A stretch of 64,000 nt of DNA from Candidatus Moanibacter sp. (GTDB taxonomy: Bacteria > Verrucomicrobiota > Verrucomicrobiia > Opitutales > UBA2987): positions 1-64,000 of the forward strand of contig CBDCEW010000078.1 in assembly GCA_965215885.1 (NCBI GenBank), given 5' to 3'. A model generated the notes under the pieces. That model was not told where the DNA came from, searched no databases, and was given only the letters and a program-made list of their open reading frames with translations. The position numbers and the translations under genes were made by a program. This document shows positions 51,527 through 60,744 of this stretch, piece after piece; position 1 is the first letter of the stretch, and every line of letters begins with the position of its first letter.

Positions 51527-51560
51527 CTAGCCTGGAAATCCCTTGAGATTTCCAGGCTAG
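51527..51560. repeat. 34-bp CTAG-ended perfect hairpin
   Basis: CTAGCCTGGAAATC-CCTTGA-GATTTCCAGGCTAG fills the intergenic gap. Confidence 0.8.
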
Positions 51561-51561
51561 T

Positions 51562-53403
51562 TCAACTCTCTCCCCCGCATGCATATACATCCATATGCGC
51601 ATAGGCGATGGCGCCGCCCGCCAAGGGGGGGCCGGCGGGCATGACAAGCTCTCCTCGAGGCAACATGTGCAGGCACGGCTGGCTCGTGAATAGAATCGGC
51701 AGAACGTCCACGAGCACTCCCCGGTCGTCGAAGATCTGCGAATTCGGTCTCACCGGGTAACGGGCAAGATTTGACTGGATAAGGACCTGCGTGCGCTCGT
51801 TCGGGAGCCAGTTGACGATATTCATGGGATGCATGCTCGAGAACCTGCGTTGCCATATTACCCCACCCTGTCCGTCGCGGCATTCAAACAGCGTGCCGTG
51901 CATCATACTGCCCGAACTGCGGTACTCACGGTCGCCGAACACGATCTGATTGCCGGGCAGATCCTCGACCAAATTGCCCACGAAGGCCTGTTGTCCGTGC
52001 CAGGTGGGGATGATCCACTTGCGCCTGCCGGTCCGTCCATCCACGACGACGCGACAGGAATAGACCACGTCAGCTTCTCCACGGCCGTCGATATCGGAGA
52101 TCCGGGCTTCATCAATATGGTCATCCTCCCAGGGCGCGTGATAGTCGGCACAGTCGTTTATCCACAGCACATCTCCGTTATGATCCAATAATGTCGTGCC
52201 GAAGGCTACTTCGTCCAGACCGTCGTTGTCGACGTCACCCACATCGGCCTGGTGCCCACAGCGACCTGTGACATCATGGTAAGTCCACAACACTTCGAGT
52301 TCATCGGTGAGAGCAGCAAAGGCACAACAGTTCTGCTCGCCGATCTTCACGAGGATATCCCGTCCGCGGCCAAGACCGCGAAAGTTCGCCGGGCGCAGAT
52401 AAGAGGGGATTCGGCCGGTGCTGGAAACCCTCACAAGTTCCTGCCGGGTCAGTTCATCGACTTCGACGGGGGTGTAGGTGCGGTTCTCCCGCAGCAGCGC
52501 CGCGCATTTCCTGTGTTCCTGCGCTCGCGCTTCGTCGGCGGGGCTTTTCACCTTTTGCCTCAACGTGGGATAACGTTCGAACGTCTCGGAGTGATCTCCT
52601 TCCATCAGCCCGGTTTTCGCCATGTCCAGTTTTTCATTGATGACCGGATAGGGAATTTCCCGCAGTACCGCGCCGGTTATCCCGTCAACCACGCAGAGCC
52701 GAAGGCCGGGCGGAGTTCCGCGGTAACAGAGAATTTCATCCTTTCCATCACCGTTGACGTCCCAAACGTTTGTCGTACTGCCCTGCCGCCGGAACGGCGT
52801 ATCCGCGTCGTTGTATTCCCAGAGGTTTTCTCCGTCGCCCCTGTAGACGGAGAGATGCGACGCTCCTTTTTCGTTGACGTACTCGTATTGCCCGTCGCCG
52901 TCGAAATCACCGGCGAGCGCGTTGCCGGCCACCCGGAGCGCCTCGGCTTTTTCCTCCGAGAGGGTGATCCGGTATTTCAGCCTGGACCACGAACCTTTCT
53001 TGAACGCTAAGGAATCCTGGAAGCAGGTCCTGCCGTGTTCATCCAGTAGTCTCGCCTCCGCTTTATACAGACCTTCCTGCAAGTGGCTGATAGAATAAAC
53101 GAAGGGATACTCATTATCGCACAAGTAGCGTTCGTTATAGAATGTCCGGTGATCGAGGCACCGTCCCGGAAGGTACTCTTCGTGGTAAGTGTCCACAGTC
53201 TCCCCTGTGTCCTCACGGATGATTTCAGCCCGGACCTCTCGGTATGGCCTGAACTCGTCAGGAAACAACACGTGGAACGCGAGGCCCCACTCTACGGCGT
53301 CTCCGGGAACGTCAGGCCGTGTTGTACATACTCCGACGATGCGCAGGAAAGGTTCCTCGACGTGCGGCGGCAGATTAGATTCGGTTTTGCTTGTTGAGCT
53401 CAT
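51562..53403 (-). CDS. FG-GAP beta-propeller protein, PL11-like (paralog of 18883..20658)
   Basis: DVNGDGKDE, FRGLG..DILVKIGEQN, GH..DVDNDGLDE, DDHID and HGQ..LPGNQI. Confidence 0.6.
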   Translation of the reverse strand: MSSTSKTESNLPPHVEEPFLRIVGVCTTRPDVPGDAVEWGLAFHVLFPDEFRPYREVRAEIIREDTGETVDTYHEEYLPGRCLDHRTFYNERYLCDNEYPFVYSISHLQEGLYKAEARLLDEHGRTCFQDSLAFKKGSWSRLKYRITLSEEKAEALRVAGNALAGDFDGDGQYEYVNEKGASHLSVYRGDGENLWEYNDADTPFRRQGSTTNVWDVNGDGKDEILCYRGTPPGLRLCVVDGITGAVLREIPYPVINEKLDMAKTGLMEGDHSETFERYPTLRQKVKSPADEARAQEHRKCAALLRENRTYTPVEVDELTRQELVRVSSTGRIPSYLRPANFRGLGRGRDILVKIGEQNCCAFAALTDELEVLWTYHDVTGRCGHQADVGDVDNDGLDEVAFGTTLLDHNGDVLWINDCADYHAPWEDDHIDEARISDIDGRGEADVVYSCRVVVDGRTGRRKWIIPTWHGQQAFVGNLVEDLPGNQIVFGDREYRSSGSMMHGTLFECRDGQGGVIWQRRFSSMHPMNIVNWLPNERTQVLIQSNLARYPVRPNSQIFDDRGVLVDVLPILFTSQPCLHMLPRGELVMPAGPPLAGGAIAYAHMDVYACGGES

Positions 53404-53512
53404 TTACTTACTTCCGGGTAATCATATTGCGAGCCGATCGATATTCGTTCATTTTCGAGCGAGACGCATGAACCAGAATGGCTCTGATTTAAGCGACTGA
53501 GTTGAAGTTATA

Positions 53513-53595
53513 ATCGCGGGATAAACCCGCTCCTACAATCGAAATTTTCAATCGCACACCCGCCAGGGGTGTAGGAGCGGGTTTATCCCGCGATC
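53513..53595. repeat. GTAG REP doublet overlapping the sialidase stop codon
   Basis: ATCGCGGGATAAACCCGCTCCTAC..GTAGGAGCGGGTTTATCCCGCGATC. Confidence 0.85.
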
Positions 53596-55226
53596 GAATC
53601 CGTCTCGCTCAGCTTGAAACGCACCGACACGATCGAAGCCTGGTGCCCCGTCTCGATGATGGCGTAGGTGGTTGCCACGAAGGTTCCGTCCGGCAGGAGC
53701 TCCAGGCCGGGATACCCCGTGCATCCGGGGCAGGCATACCTGCCGGTGTCGATGAGCCGCAACCGATACTGCCCCTCCCGCTTTTCCACCAGGTCCTCGT
53801 AGGTACCGACCCAGCCCACGAAATCCGGGTGGGTCCTGCTGCACATACCGGTGTCTCTGAACACCATCACGATTCGCCCATCCGCGGCGTAGCGGGCGAG
53901 ATGCCGGTCGCCATTCATACTGCCCGGCAGCTCCTCGGGTCGGCTCCATGTCTCTCCCTCGTCGTCGCTGAACATGACGCAGGAGTTATACCACCTGCCG
54001 TTCTCCCGCATGACCGCCGCGAGCTGTTTCCCGTCAGGGGATCTGATGATCGCGGGCTCGCACAGGAACGCGTCGCGCTTCTCGGCAATCTTGCGCTGGG
54101 GCGACCACGTGAGCCCACCGTCGGAGGAGATGCTCATGCAGATGCGCCGCGGTTCGTGGAAGAGAGAAATGTGCCGCCCGTCGGAGATCGGCTCGATTGT
54201 AATGGGTGCCACCGTGCAGGTGAGTCCGTTCGGCTCCATGCCGCTCCACGTGACGCCGCCGTCCTCGGACACGGCCTGCATCATGGCCCCGTGTCCGCCT
54301 TGAACGATGAGCCGCTCGACGCCGCCGGGATCGGTAAGACGGTGAATCGTCGGGCAGTTCTCCACTGACGACCAGTTCTCCGGTGTCTGCACCCACTGCC
54401 AACTCAGGCCGCCGTCATCGCTTCGTTTCATCGGACCCAGCGCGCCACCGTGCTCGTGAGTCCACGCGCACAGCATTGTCTTCCCGTCTCCCATGAGGAC
54501 CGTGGAGGGGTGCTGATAGTTGACCGTCTCGCTCCCAGGGGCCACAACCACCTGTCGTTCCGCCCCCCCCGTGATGTCGGCAATGGGAATCGTGAAGCCC
54601 ACCGGCTGGGAACGCTGCCAGTCGAGCGTGTAGTTGGCGCCTTCTCCGCTGAACTCGAGAAGATGTATCACTCCCTGCCCGGAGGTGAAGCCGACCTTTC
54701 CGAACACCTCCTCAGTGTATGTTGTTTCGTGGACGACGCGCCCGTCGAAAACAAACCGCAGCCGGTCACCGGACCGGACCACCTCGAATACGAACGGTCT
54801 CTCCGCCGTGTACCAATTCTTCGCCGCGTCAAGCAGCTCGAGGCCCCCGAAGACCGGTCCGTCGACGTAGAGATTTCCCTCGTGGCCGAAGCCGAATCTG
54901 CTGTGTCTGCGCACCTCCGGCGGCAGGAAGCCGCTTACTCTGAGTTCTCCCTCCCCCCGCTCCCACGCCTCGCCGCCGGAAAAACAGAAAGCGGCGTTGC
55001 TGGCCGTCTCACCGGGCATCCGCTCCCTCGCGGCTTTATGGAGAGAGAGGCGCGCGAAAATGCGAAAGTCCCCGGCACCGATTCCCCGGTCACCGTAGAC
55101 GAAGTCGCGGCCCGGCCCCATGTAGATATGGCCCGGGCGGCAATGCAGTTCGTGGCCGGCGAGCCTGGCGCACGCCGGCCGGCCTGAATGGACGAAGGTT
55201 ATTTGTTTCACTCTCTTGTTCCTCAA
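53583..55226 (-). CDS. BNR/Asp-box sialidase-like exo-glycosidase (paralog of 39104..40822)
   Basis: SDDGGLSW, SEDGGVTW, SSDGGLTW, SDDEGETW and GYPGLELLPDGTFVATTY. Confidence 0.85.
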   Translation of the reverse strand: MRNKRVKQITFVHSGRPACARLAGHELHCRPGHIYMGPGRDFVYGDRGIGAGDFRIFARLSLHKAARERMPGETASNAAFCFSGGEAWERGEGELRVSGFLPPEVRRHSRFGFGHEGNLYVDGPVFGGLELLDAAKNWYTAERPFVFEVVRSGDRLRFVFDGRVVHETTYTEEVFGKVGFTSGQGVIHLLEFSGEGANYTLDWQRSQPVGFTIPIADITGGAERQVVVAPGSETVNYQHPSTVLMGDGKTMLCAWTHEHGGALGPMKRSDDGGLSWQWVQTPENWSSVENCPTIHRLTDPGGVERLIVQGGHGAMMQAVSEDGGVTWSGMEPNGLTCTVAPITIEPISDGRHISLFHEPRRICMSISSDGGLTWSPQRKIAEKRDAFLCEPAIIRSPDGKQLAAVMRENGRWYNSCVMFSDDEGETWSRPEELPGSMNGDRHLARYAADGRIVMVFRDTGMCSRTHPDFVGWVGTYEDLVEKREGQYRLRLIDTGRYACPGCTGYPGLELLPDGTFVATTYAIIETGHQASIVSVRFKLSETDSIAG

Positions 55227-55264
55227 CCGTTATAGTAGCCAACACGCTAAACACCTACCTCGAC

Positions 55265-56584
55265 TTACGCATGCTCGTCAGTTCTGTTCAGCAAGTGTAA
55301 GAGACGCCCAACAAGATCGGAATGATCTTTCGCAATGTTGACGTCTTCCCAATAATCACGCTCAAGATCAAAAAGCAGAGGCGAATCCATCACACCGGTG
55401 ACCAGCTTGTAACGGCCATCGAATACCATGCGCCAGTTATCGAGACTGGAAACGAGGTAGGGGCGGTGGCGATCGGTTTTCCCTTCGAGGAAGTCTCGAA
55501 GCGAAACCGCGTCCATGCCCGGCAAGAGCGGAGAATCAGCATAATTGAGAAAGGTGGCCGCCAGATCGTGCAGGCTGACGAGGGCGTCCGACACGCGACC
55601 CCGCATGACATCGGGACCAGCCACAATGAGAGGAACCCCACTCGAGGGCCTGTACCACGTCGATTTTCCCCAACGCCCATGGTCCCCCAACATCTCCCCA
55701 TGATCACTCGCGTAAACGATGATTGTGTTTTCTAACTCACCCCGTTCTTGGACCGCATCTATAAATCGACCAACGTGGCGATCAATGTTTTCTATCATGG
55801 CCGCGTAGTTCTGGCGATTTCGAAGCAAACCCTCGCGATCGGGATGATCGTTCTTATGCGGCATGGGAAACTCGACGTCACGCCAGCACTCGCGCATGGA
55901 TTCCGTTATATCCATTGGAGAGTGTGGTCCGGCGAAATTCACTACGAGGTGCCAGGGCCCGCCCTTAGCAAAATCGCGAAGAAACCCGAGACCGTTTTCG
56001 GCGATCCAGTTGTCACAGTAGGCATGGTCGGGCAGCGCCGTTGTATAGGCGTTCATGTATTCCGCGCGCTCGCCGTGTTCCCGCAGATAGACATCGGCAA
56101 GTCCGAGTTCCTGCAAGAAAGCCAGGTAAGGGCCTTTCGGCTTGCCTGCGGCGCGGTAGGCACTCGTGCCGTCCAGTTTGCCCTCGTTGTCGATACCTCC
56201 CGTAAATCCCCATTCCTCGAGCAATCGTGAACCGTCGAGATGCCAATCCAGATCGGCCGGGCTGGAAGTGTCTTTGTGAAGATCGAACTTTCCCACTCCA
56301 CAGACTTCATACCCGACAGCGCGTAACGCCTGGTAATAGGTCGGCTGATCGAGCGGATAGTCCGAGTGGTTGGCGACCACTCCGCATCGTTCGTAATCAC
56401 GCCCGGAAGCACGGCAAGGCGCGCATAAGGGAGAAGGGCAGTGCGCCTTTATAAACCGCACCCCACGGTTTCCGAGCCGATCGATGTTCGGTGTTCGCAG
56501 AGGGAGATCGGGGTTCGTCCCGAGCCAATCCGGTCGATGTTGGTCGGGGAGAAAAAGGAGGATGTTTGGAGCGCTGCGGTTCAC
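55265..56584 (-). CDS. Sulfatase (choline-sulfatase-like)
   Basis: PNILLFLPDQHR, CAPCR, VGKFD and SDHGEMLGDHG; GTG start overlaps the upstream TGA. Confidence 0.85.
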   Translation of the reverse strand: MNRSAPNILLFLPDQHRPDWLGTNPDLPLRTPNIDRLGNRGVRFIKAHCPSPLCAPCRASGRDYERCGVVANHSDYPLDQPTYYQALRAVGYEVCGVGKFDLHKDTSSPADLDWHLDGSRLLEEWGFTGGIDNEGKLDGTSAYRAAGKPKGPYLAFLQELGLADVYLREHGERAEYMNAYTTALPDHAYCDNWIAENGLGFLRDFAKGGPWHLVVNFAGPHSPMDITESMRECWRDVEFPMPHKNDHPDREGLLRNRQNYAAMIENIDRHVGRFIDAVQERGELENTIIVYASDHGEMLGDHGRWGKSTWYRPSSGVPLIVAGPDVMRGRVSDALVSLHDLAATFLNYADSPLLPGMDAVSLRDFLEGKTDRHRPYLVSSLDNWRMVFDGRYKLVTGVMDSPLLFDLERDYWEDVNIAKDHSDLVGRLLHLLNRTDEHA

Positions 56585-57991
56585 CGAGCTTCCTCCCATC
56601 CGGCCCAGAATTCTCTCCCCCACTCCGACTCCCGATCGCCCCACGCATCGCGAGATCGCTCCAGTTTCGAACGCAGGCTTTTCACCAAATCGGCGGGAGC
56701 GCCAGCATCTGCGATGTTCCTCGTCTCCAATGGGTCATTTTCAAGGTCAAAGAGCTGAAAAGTGCGGCTTCCGTCTACATGGTATTCGATAAGCTTGTAA
56801 TGTTCATCCCGAATCGCCCGCTGATACCGTTCATAGGCATGATAGGTGGTTGCCCGAACTGCGGCGTGGTTGTCTTTAATGACGGGAAGCAGACTCTCGC
56901 CCTCTACGGAATCCGGGATGGCGACGTCCAGGCACTCAAAAAGGGTCGGAAAGACGTCCAGCAAGTAGGCAAACGCATCGCGACGCTCATTCTCAGGAAT
57001 ACCGGGGCCGGCGATAATCAGAGGTACGCGAATACTGTGCTCGTAGCAATTTTGCTTTCCCATGAGGCCATGCTGCCCCAGTGCAAGGCCGTTGTCGCCG
57101 GCAAAGACAATGATCGTGTCTTTGCTTAGCCCCTGACGTTCGAGTTCCTCAAGGACACGGCCGATCTCAAAGTCCAAATGAGTAATCATGGCATAGTATT
57201 CGGCAATGTGCCGACGGACCTCTCCAGGGTTGCGGGGAAATCGGGCCAGGCACTCGTCCCGGATCTGGAGATCGCCATTATCAAAGGGATGCCCGCCAAG
57301 AAAATTCCCCGGCAATTCCACTTTTTCCGGATCGTACATCTTGAGAAACCGCTCCGGCATGGTACGTGGATCATGTGGCGCCATATAGGACACATAGGCG
57401 AAGAAGGGCTTATCCGCATTTTGTTCGGCAAGAAAACGGATTACTGCATCGCTGAACAGCTCGCTGGAATGCCTGCCGAAGTGGATGTGGTCGCAGTGCC
57501 GCCAGCCAACAGCATTGTCCAATCTGGGATCTTCAATCATAGGAAAGCGCGACTCATAGCGACCCGACGGATCGAAATCGTAAGCCGGCACATTCCAGTG
57601 ATCATCCATACCGCCAAAAAAGATCTCCGCCCCGCAGTTGAAGCTGCGCGCAAACGACTCCCGTCCGTTGTGCCATTTTCCGGTCCCGAAGCAGTCGTAG
57701 CCCTGCTCCCGGAGGACTTCCCCCATCATCTTATGCGTGACCGGTATTGTCTCACCCGATCCATGCAAACGGAATAAGGTCCTCCCGGTATGCAACATAG
57801 CGCGGCTCGGCATACAGATGGCGCCGCAGGTGCCACCAGGGATGGAAGCGTGCGTAAAGGATGTTCCGGCGGCGGCAAGGCGATCAATGTTGGGCGTTTC
57901 TACTTCGCCTGCACCAGCGGCACCGAGCGCATCGAAGCGCAGGTCGTCGGCAAAGAAGAAGAGGATGTTCGATCGATCAGAGATGGTTCAT
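56581..57991 (-). CDS. Sulfatase (choline-sulfatase-like), ATG out of frame by 1 nt
   Basis: The frame upstream of track start 57813 continues as TISDRSNILFFFADDLRF..GAICMPSR. The ATG at 57991 reads ATGAACCATC (one extra base). GKWH, APHDPR and GDNGLA motifs present. Confidence 0.85.
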
Positions 57992-58009
57992 CTCTTTCTT
58001 ATCCGAGCC

Positions 58010-59053
58010 TCAGCCGCTGTTTACGGCAATCTCGCGGTCCTCTCCTTCTAGGGGAAGCTGCACCCAGGCGCCGCCGCGGGCATGGGAGGCGTGAAAGCCG
58101 GCGATGACCTCGAGGGTCCGCACCGCCTCGCCGACATCGTAAGGAAAGGAGGCCTCTCCGTCGAGCCAATCGACGATTTCAGCGGCGGCTCGATCCATGC
58201 CGGAGCCCTCCGAATCAGTATGCGGCCACTCTTGAGACGTCCCGTCTTTGAGTTTCACCAGAACAGCGGATTTGCCAAGCACGGCGCGACCCTCGGTTCC
58301 GGTTACGTAGTTTTCCATATCGAGGAAACCGAAATCCGGGGCATCCACGAAACCCAGCAGCCCACCATCGAAGCGGATCATCCCCCACCCGCCCGGATCG
58401 ACAAACTCGGGCCCTCGACAGTCCGGTTTACCTGCCAGATCAAGGTTCCCGCACACGCCTACGACAGGCCGGGAAGTAACCATTTGAAGAGCGTCAATCA
58501 TATGCGTTCCGACGTTCCCTAACCGCCCGGCGGACCATTGTGCAGATACGGAGGTCAGCTCCCCGAGATCGCCGTCGCCGATGAACCGGCGGAGTCGGCG
58601 ATGGCTGTCTTGGAAGCGCCTTTGGTGATTAATGACGAGCAACGATCCTGCCTTCCTGCACGCCTCGACCATCTGCTCCGCATCGGGAATCCGCGTAGCG
58701 ATCGGTTTTTCGCAAAAAATCGCACGCACACCCTTTTCGGCGCAGGCCATGGTCATCTCAGCGTGCTGCGGCGCGTAGGTTGCGACACTCACAATGTCCA
58801 GCTGCTCTTCCTCGAGCATGACGCGCCAGTCTGAGTAGGTCTTGGCGCCGGCTCTGGCCTCGAATCGCTGGCGCCTGCCCGCGTCCCGGCTGCTGCCCGC
58901 CACCAGCTTAATGCGGGGGTTGTTGGCTAAGGCGAAGAAATGTGTGCCGTCCAGATTGTCCACCTGTTGACCCAAAGCGTCTCCGGAGATCTGATCGGCG
59001 CCGCCGATGAATCCGAGGCCGATGATCCCCGCTCTGTAGGTCGTATCACTCAC
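58010..59053 (-). CDS. Gfo/Idh/MocA family oxidoreductase
   Basis: AGIIGLG, CEKPIA, NHQRRF and GTHMID. Confidence 0.9.
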   Translation of the reverse strand: MSDTTYRAGIIGLGFIGGADQISGDALGQQVDNLDGTHFFALANNPRIKLVAGSSRDAGRRQRFEARAGAKTYSDWRVMLEEEQLDIVSVATYAPQHAEMTMACAEKGVRAIFCEKPIATRIPDAEQMVEACRKAGSLLVINHQRRFQDSHRRLRRFIGDGDLGELTSVSAQWSAGRLGNVGTHMIDALQMVTSRPVVGVCGNLDLAGKPDCRGPEFVDPGGWGMIRFDGGLLGFVDAPDFGFLDMENYVTGTEGRAVLGKSAVLVKLKDGTSQEWPHTDSEGSGMDRAAAEIVDWLDGEASFPYDVGEAVRTLEVIAGFHASHARGGAWVQLPLEGEDREIAVNSG

Positions 59054-59167
59054 GCGATCGCAAAAAGTCTTCTTATCGATTTGTAACTCAAAGTCTCAAA
59101 GAAAGCATAGAGATACAGGAGTGCAATCTTACTTTTCCTCACTGTGAATATTGTTAGCGGCTTTCTT

Positions 59168-59353
59168 TCATTTCTTATCGAAATGTTCCTCAACCTGAGT
59201 TGTGGTAAATATATCTCCTGATTCCTTATCTGATTCACCTTTTTCTATTTTCTGACGGACATAAATCCCGTACATTAGATCGTCCCAAGACGTATCTTCA
59301 GGAAGATCTTGTATTAGAGTGTCTGTTTCCATTTTTAGTTTTTCCTTTTTCAT
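59168..59353 (-). CDS. Small antitoxin-like protein (type usually paired with RelE/ParE), orphan
   Basis: LIQDLPEDTSWDDLMYGIYVRQKIEKG..D..SG; AT-rich; no toxin ORF downstream. Confidence 0.6.
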   Translation of the reverse strand: MKKEKLKMETDTLIQDLPEDTSWDDLMYGIYVRQKIEKGESDKESGDIFTTTQVEEHFDKK

Positions 59354-59649
59354 AAATTGCCTTTTCCAAAATCGGCGCTCACCAAGATTCTGCTGGATCG
59401 TGGTCCCTCCTTTGACAGAAGTCGGAACGAAGGGGAAGCAGGAATGTTGGTGAACCGGCCTTCTTCCGGAGGCGCGACGGAGGACAAGGCTGTGAACGAA
59501 TCGAGTTCTGCATTCCACGCGCTGTGCGCGGAACGGTTTTCGTGGCTACTTTTCGGCCAGCACAACGTTAACTCTTACTACAAACAGTTCGGGCCGAAGA
59601 TGTGGTCCACGCGTTTGTCATATTGCTTACTCCGCTTGGCTAATATAGC

Positions 59650-59678
59650 TTGACAAGTGTAACCGAACAGGTTACATT
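59650..59678 (+). promoter_or_regulatory. Sigma70 promoter with overlapping operator palindrome (higBA)
   Basis: TTGACA-17 nt-TACATT, with TGTAACC-N5-GGTTACA (59658-59676) overlapping the spacer and -10. Confidence 0.8.
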
Positions 59679-59684
59679 GGCAAA

Positions 59685-59777
59685 GTGATAAAAAGCTTCG
59701 CTCACAAAGGGCTGGAGAAGTTCTTTCTCGATGGAGTGAAGAAAGGAATACAAACCAATTATGTTGATTATCATTAA
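59685..59777 (+). pseudogene. higB: HigB (RelE-like killer) toxin with in-frame internal deletion
   Basis: 30 aa MIKSFAHKGLEKFFLDGVKKGIQTNYVDYH: the HigB N-terminus is fused directly to the C-terminal DYH motif. Confidence 0.8.
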
Positions 59778-59789
59778 GGAGATTACGCG

Positions 59790-60083
59790 ATGAGAAAAAG
59801 AAAAAGAGCACCTTCACATCCAGGAGGCATCTTGAGAAGGCAGTATATGTCACCGATTGGTTTAACGGTGACCGAATTAGCCCATGCCCTTGGCGTTTCT
59901 CGCAAGACTGTCTCTAAGATTGTCAATGAAAATGGTTCCATTTCACCGGATATGGCTTTGCGTTTATCGAAGGCCTTCAACACCACCCCCGAACTTTGGT
60001 TGAATTTGCAGCGAAATTGTGACCTTTGGCACGCGGCCAAAGAGTCGAAGGAATGGAAGAGCGTCGACACATTCGCCGCTTAG
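59790..60083 (+). CDS. higA: HigA family antitoxin (HTH)
   Basis: HPGGIL..LTVTELAHALGVSRKTVSKIVNE..ISPDMALRLSKAFNTTPELWLNLQ; AAGGAG RBS. Confidence 0.92.
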   Translation: MRKRKRAPSHPGGILRRQYMSPIGLTVTELAHALGVSRKTVSKIVNENGSISPDMALRLSKAFNTTPELWLNLQRNCDLWHAAKESKEWKSVDTFAA

Positions 60084-60162
60084 CCCATATTGTGCCCAAA
60101 GCAACGACTGCACTCAGGAGCGGCGCTTCCCGCCGTTTCCTGCCTTCCTGCTTTCCTTATTC

Positions 60163-60744
60163 TTAATCCTGACCTCCTTTCCTCTCTTCTTGTATGAATT
60201 CGGGCCGCGCGAACAGCGCTGATTCGCGCGGCGGGTTGGGCGGAGCGGTCGTTTTTTTGACAAGCTTGAACCCGCGTGCCAGGTAGTTCTGTAAGGCGTG
60301 CGGATGATCGTGGTTGCACGTTTTCAGCCAAACACGGTTGGCGCCCATCTCCCAACATCGTTCAATGGCCACGGTCAAAAGGGCGCCGCCAAGTCCCTCG
60401 CCGAAGTACTGCCTGCGCAAACCAAAGCAATTGATCTGCACGCTGCCGTCGTCTTGTTTTTCGAGTTCATAGTAGCCGGCCGGAGTTCCCACCACGTAAG
60501 CGACCCACGTTTCCAGCTCCGGTCGATCGACGTACTCAGTCCACTCCTGCCGCCCCCAATCTTCACGGCCTCCCCAGCGGAATTCGGCCCCCACTGCCTG
60601 GTGCAGGAACCAATTGAATTCGGGACAGGCAGACTCAACGCGTTTGACTTCGAATTTTGCTGTTGTTCGCTCAGGGGGACGAAGATCATCGCGGCTCGAC
60701 ATTTCAAGCCGGGAGGAGATTTTCTGTTCGATGTCTTGTTCCAT
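60163..60744 (-). CDS. GNAT family N-acetyltransferase
   Basis: PAGYYEL, FGL..GEGLGGALL and RVWLKTC..DHPHALQNY..RGF; TAATG coupling with the upstream gene. Confidence 0.85.
   Translation of the reverse strand: MEQDIEQKISSRLEMSSRDDLRPPERTTAKFEVKRVESACPEFNWFLHQAVGAEFRWGGREDWGRQEWTEYVDRPELETWVAYVVGTPAGYYELEKQDDGSVQINCFGLRRQYFGEGLGGALLTVAIERCWEMGANRVWLKTCNHDHPHALQNYLARGFKLVKKTTAPPNPPRESALFARPEFIQEERKGGQD

Noticed and set aside
3356..57777. Long antisense ORFs (e.g. 3356..4444, 6197..7084, 8390..9319, 11363..12367, 48882..49769, 52252..53010)
   Set aside because: Shadow frames opposite well-supported genes in GC-rich DNA.
59060..60160. Integron attC sites around the TA genes
   Set aside because: GCTAAC and CACAAC motifs are present, but I could not pair them with complementary GTTRRRY ends; no integrase in the window.
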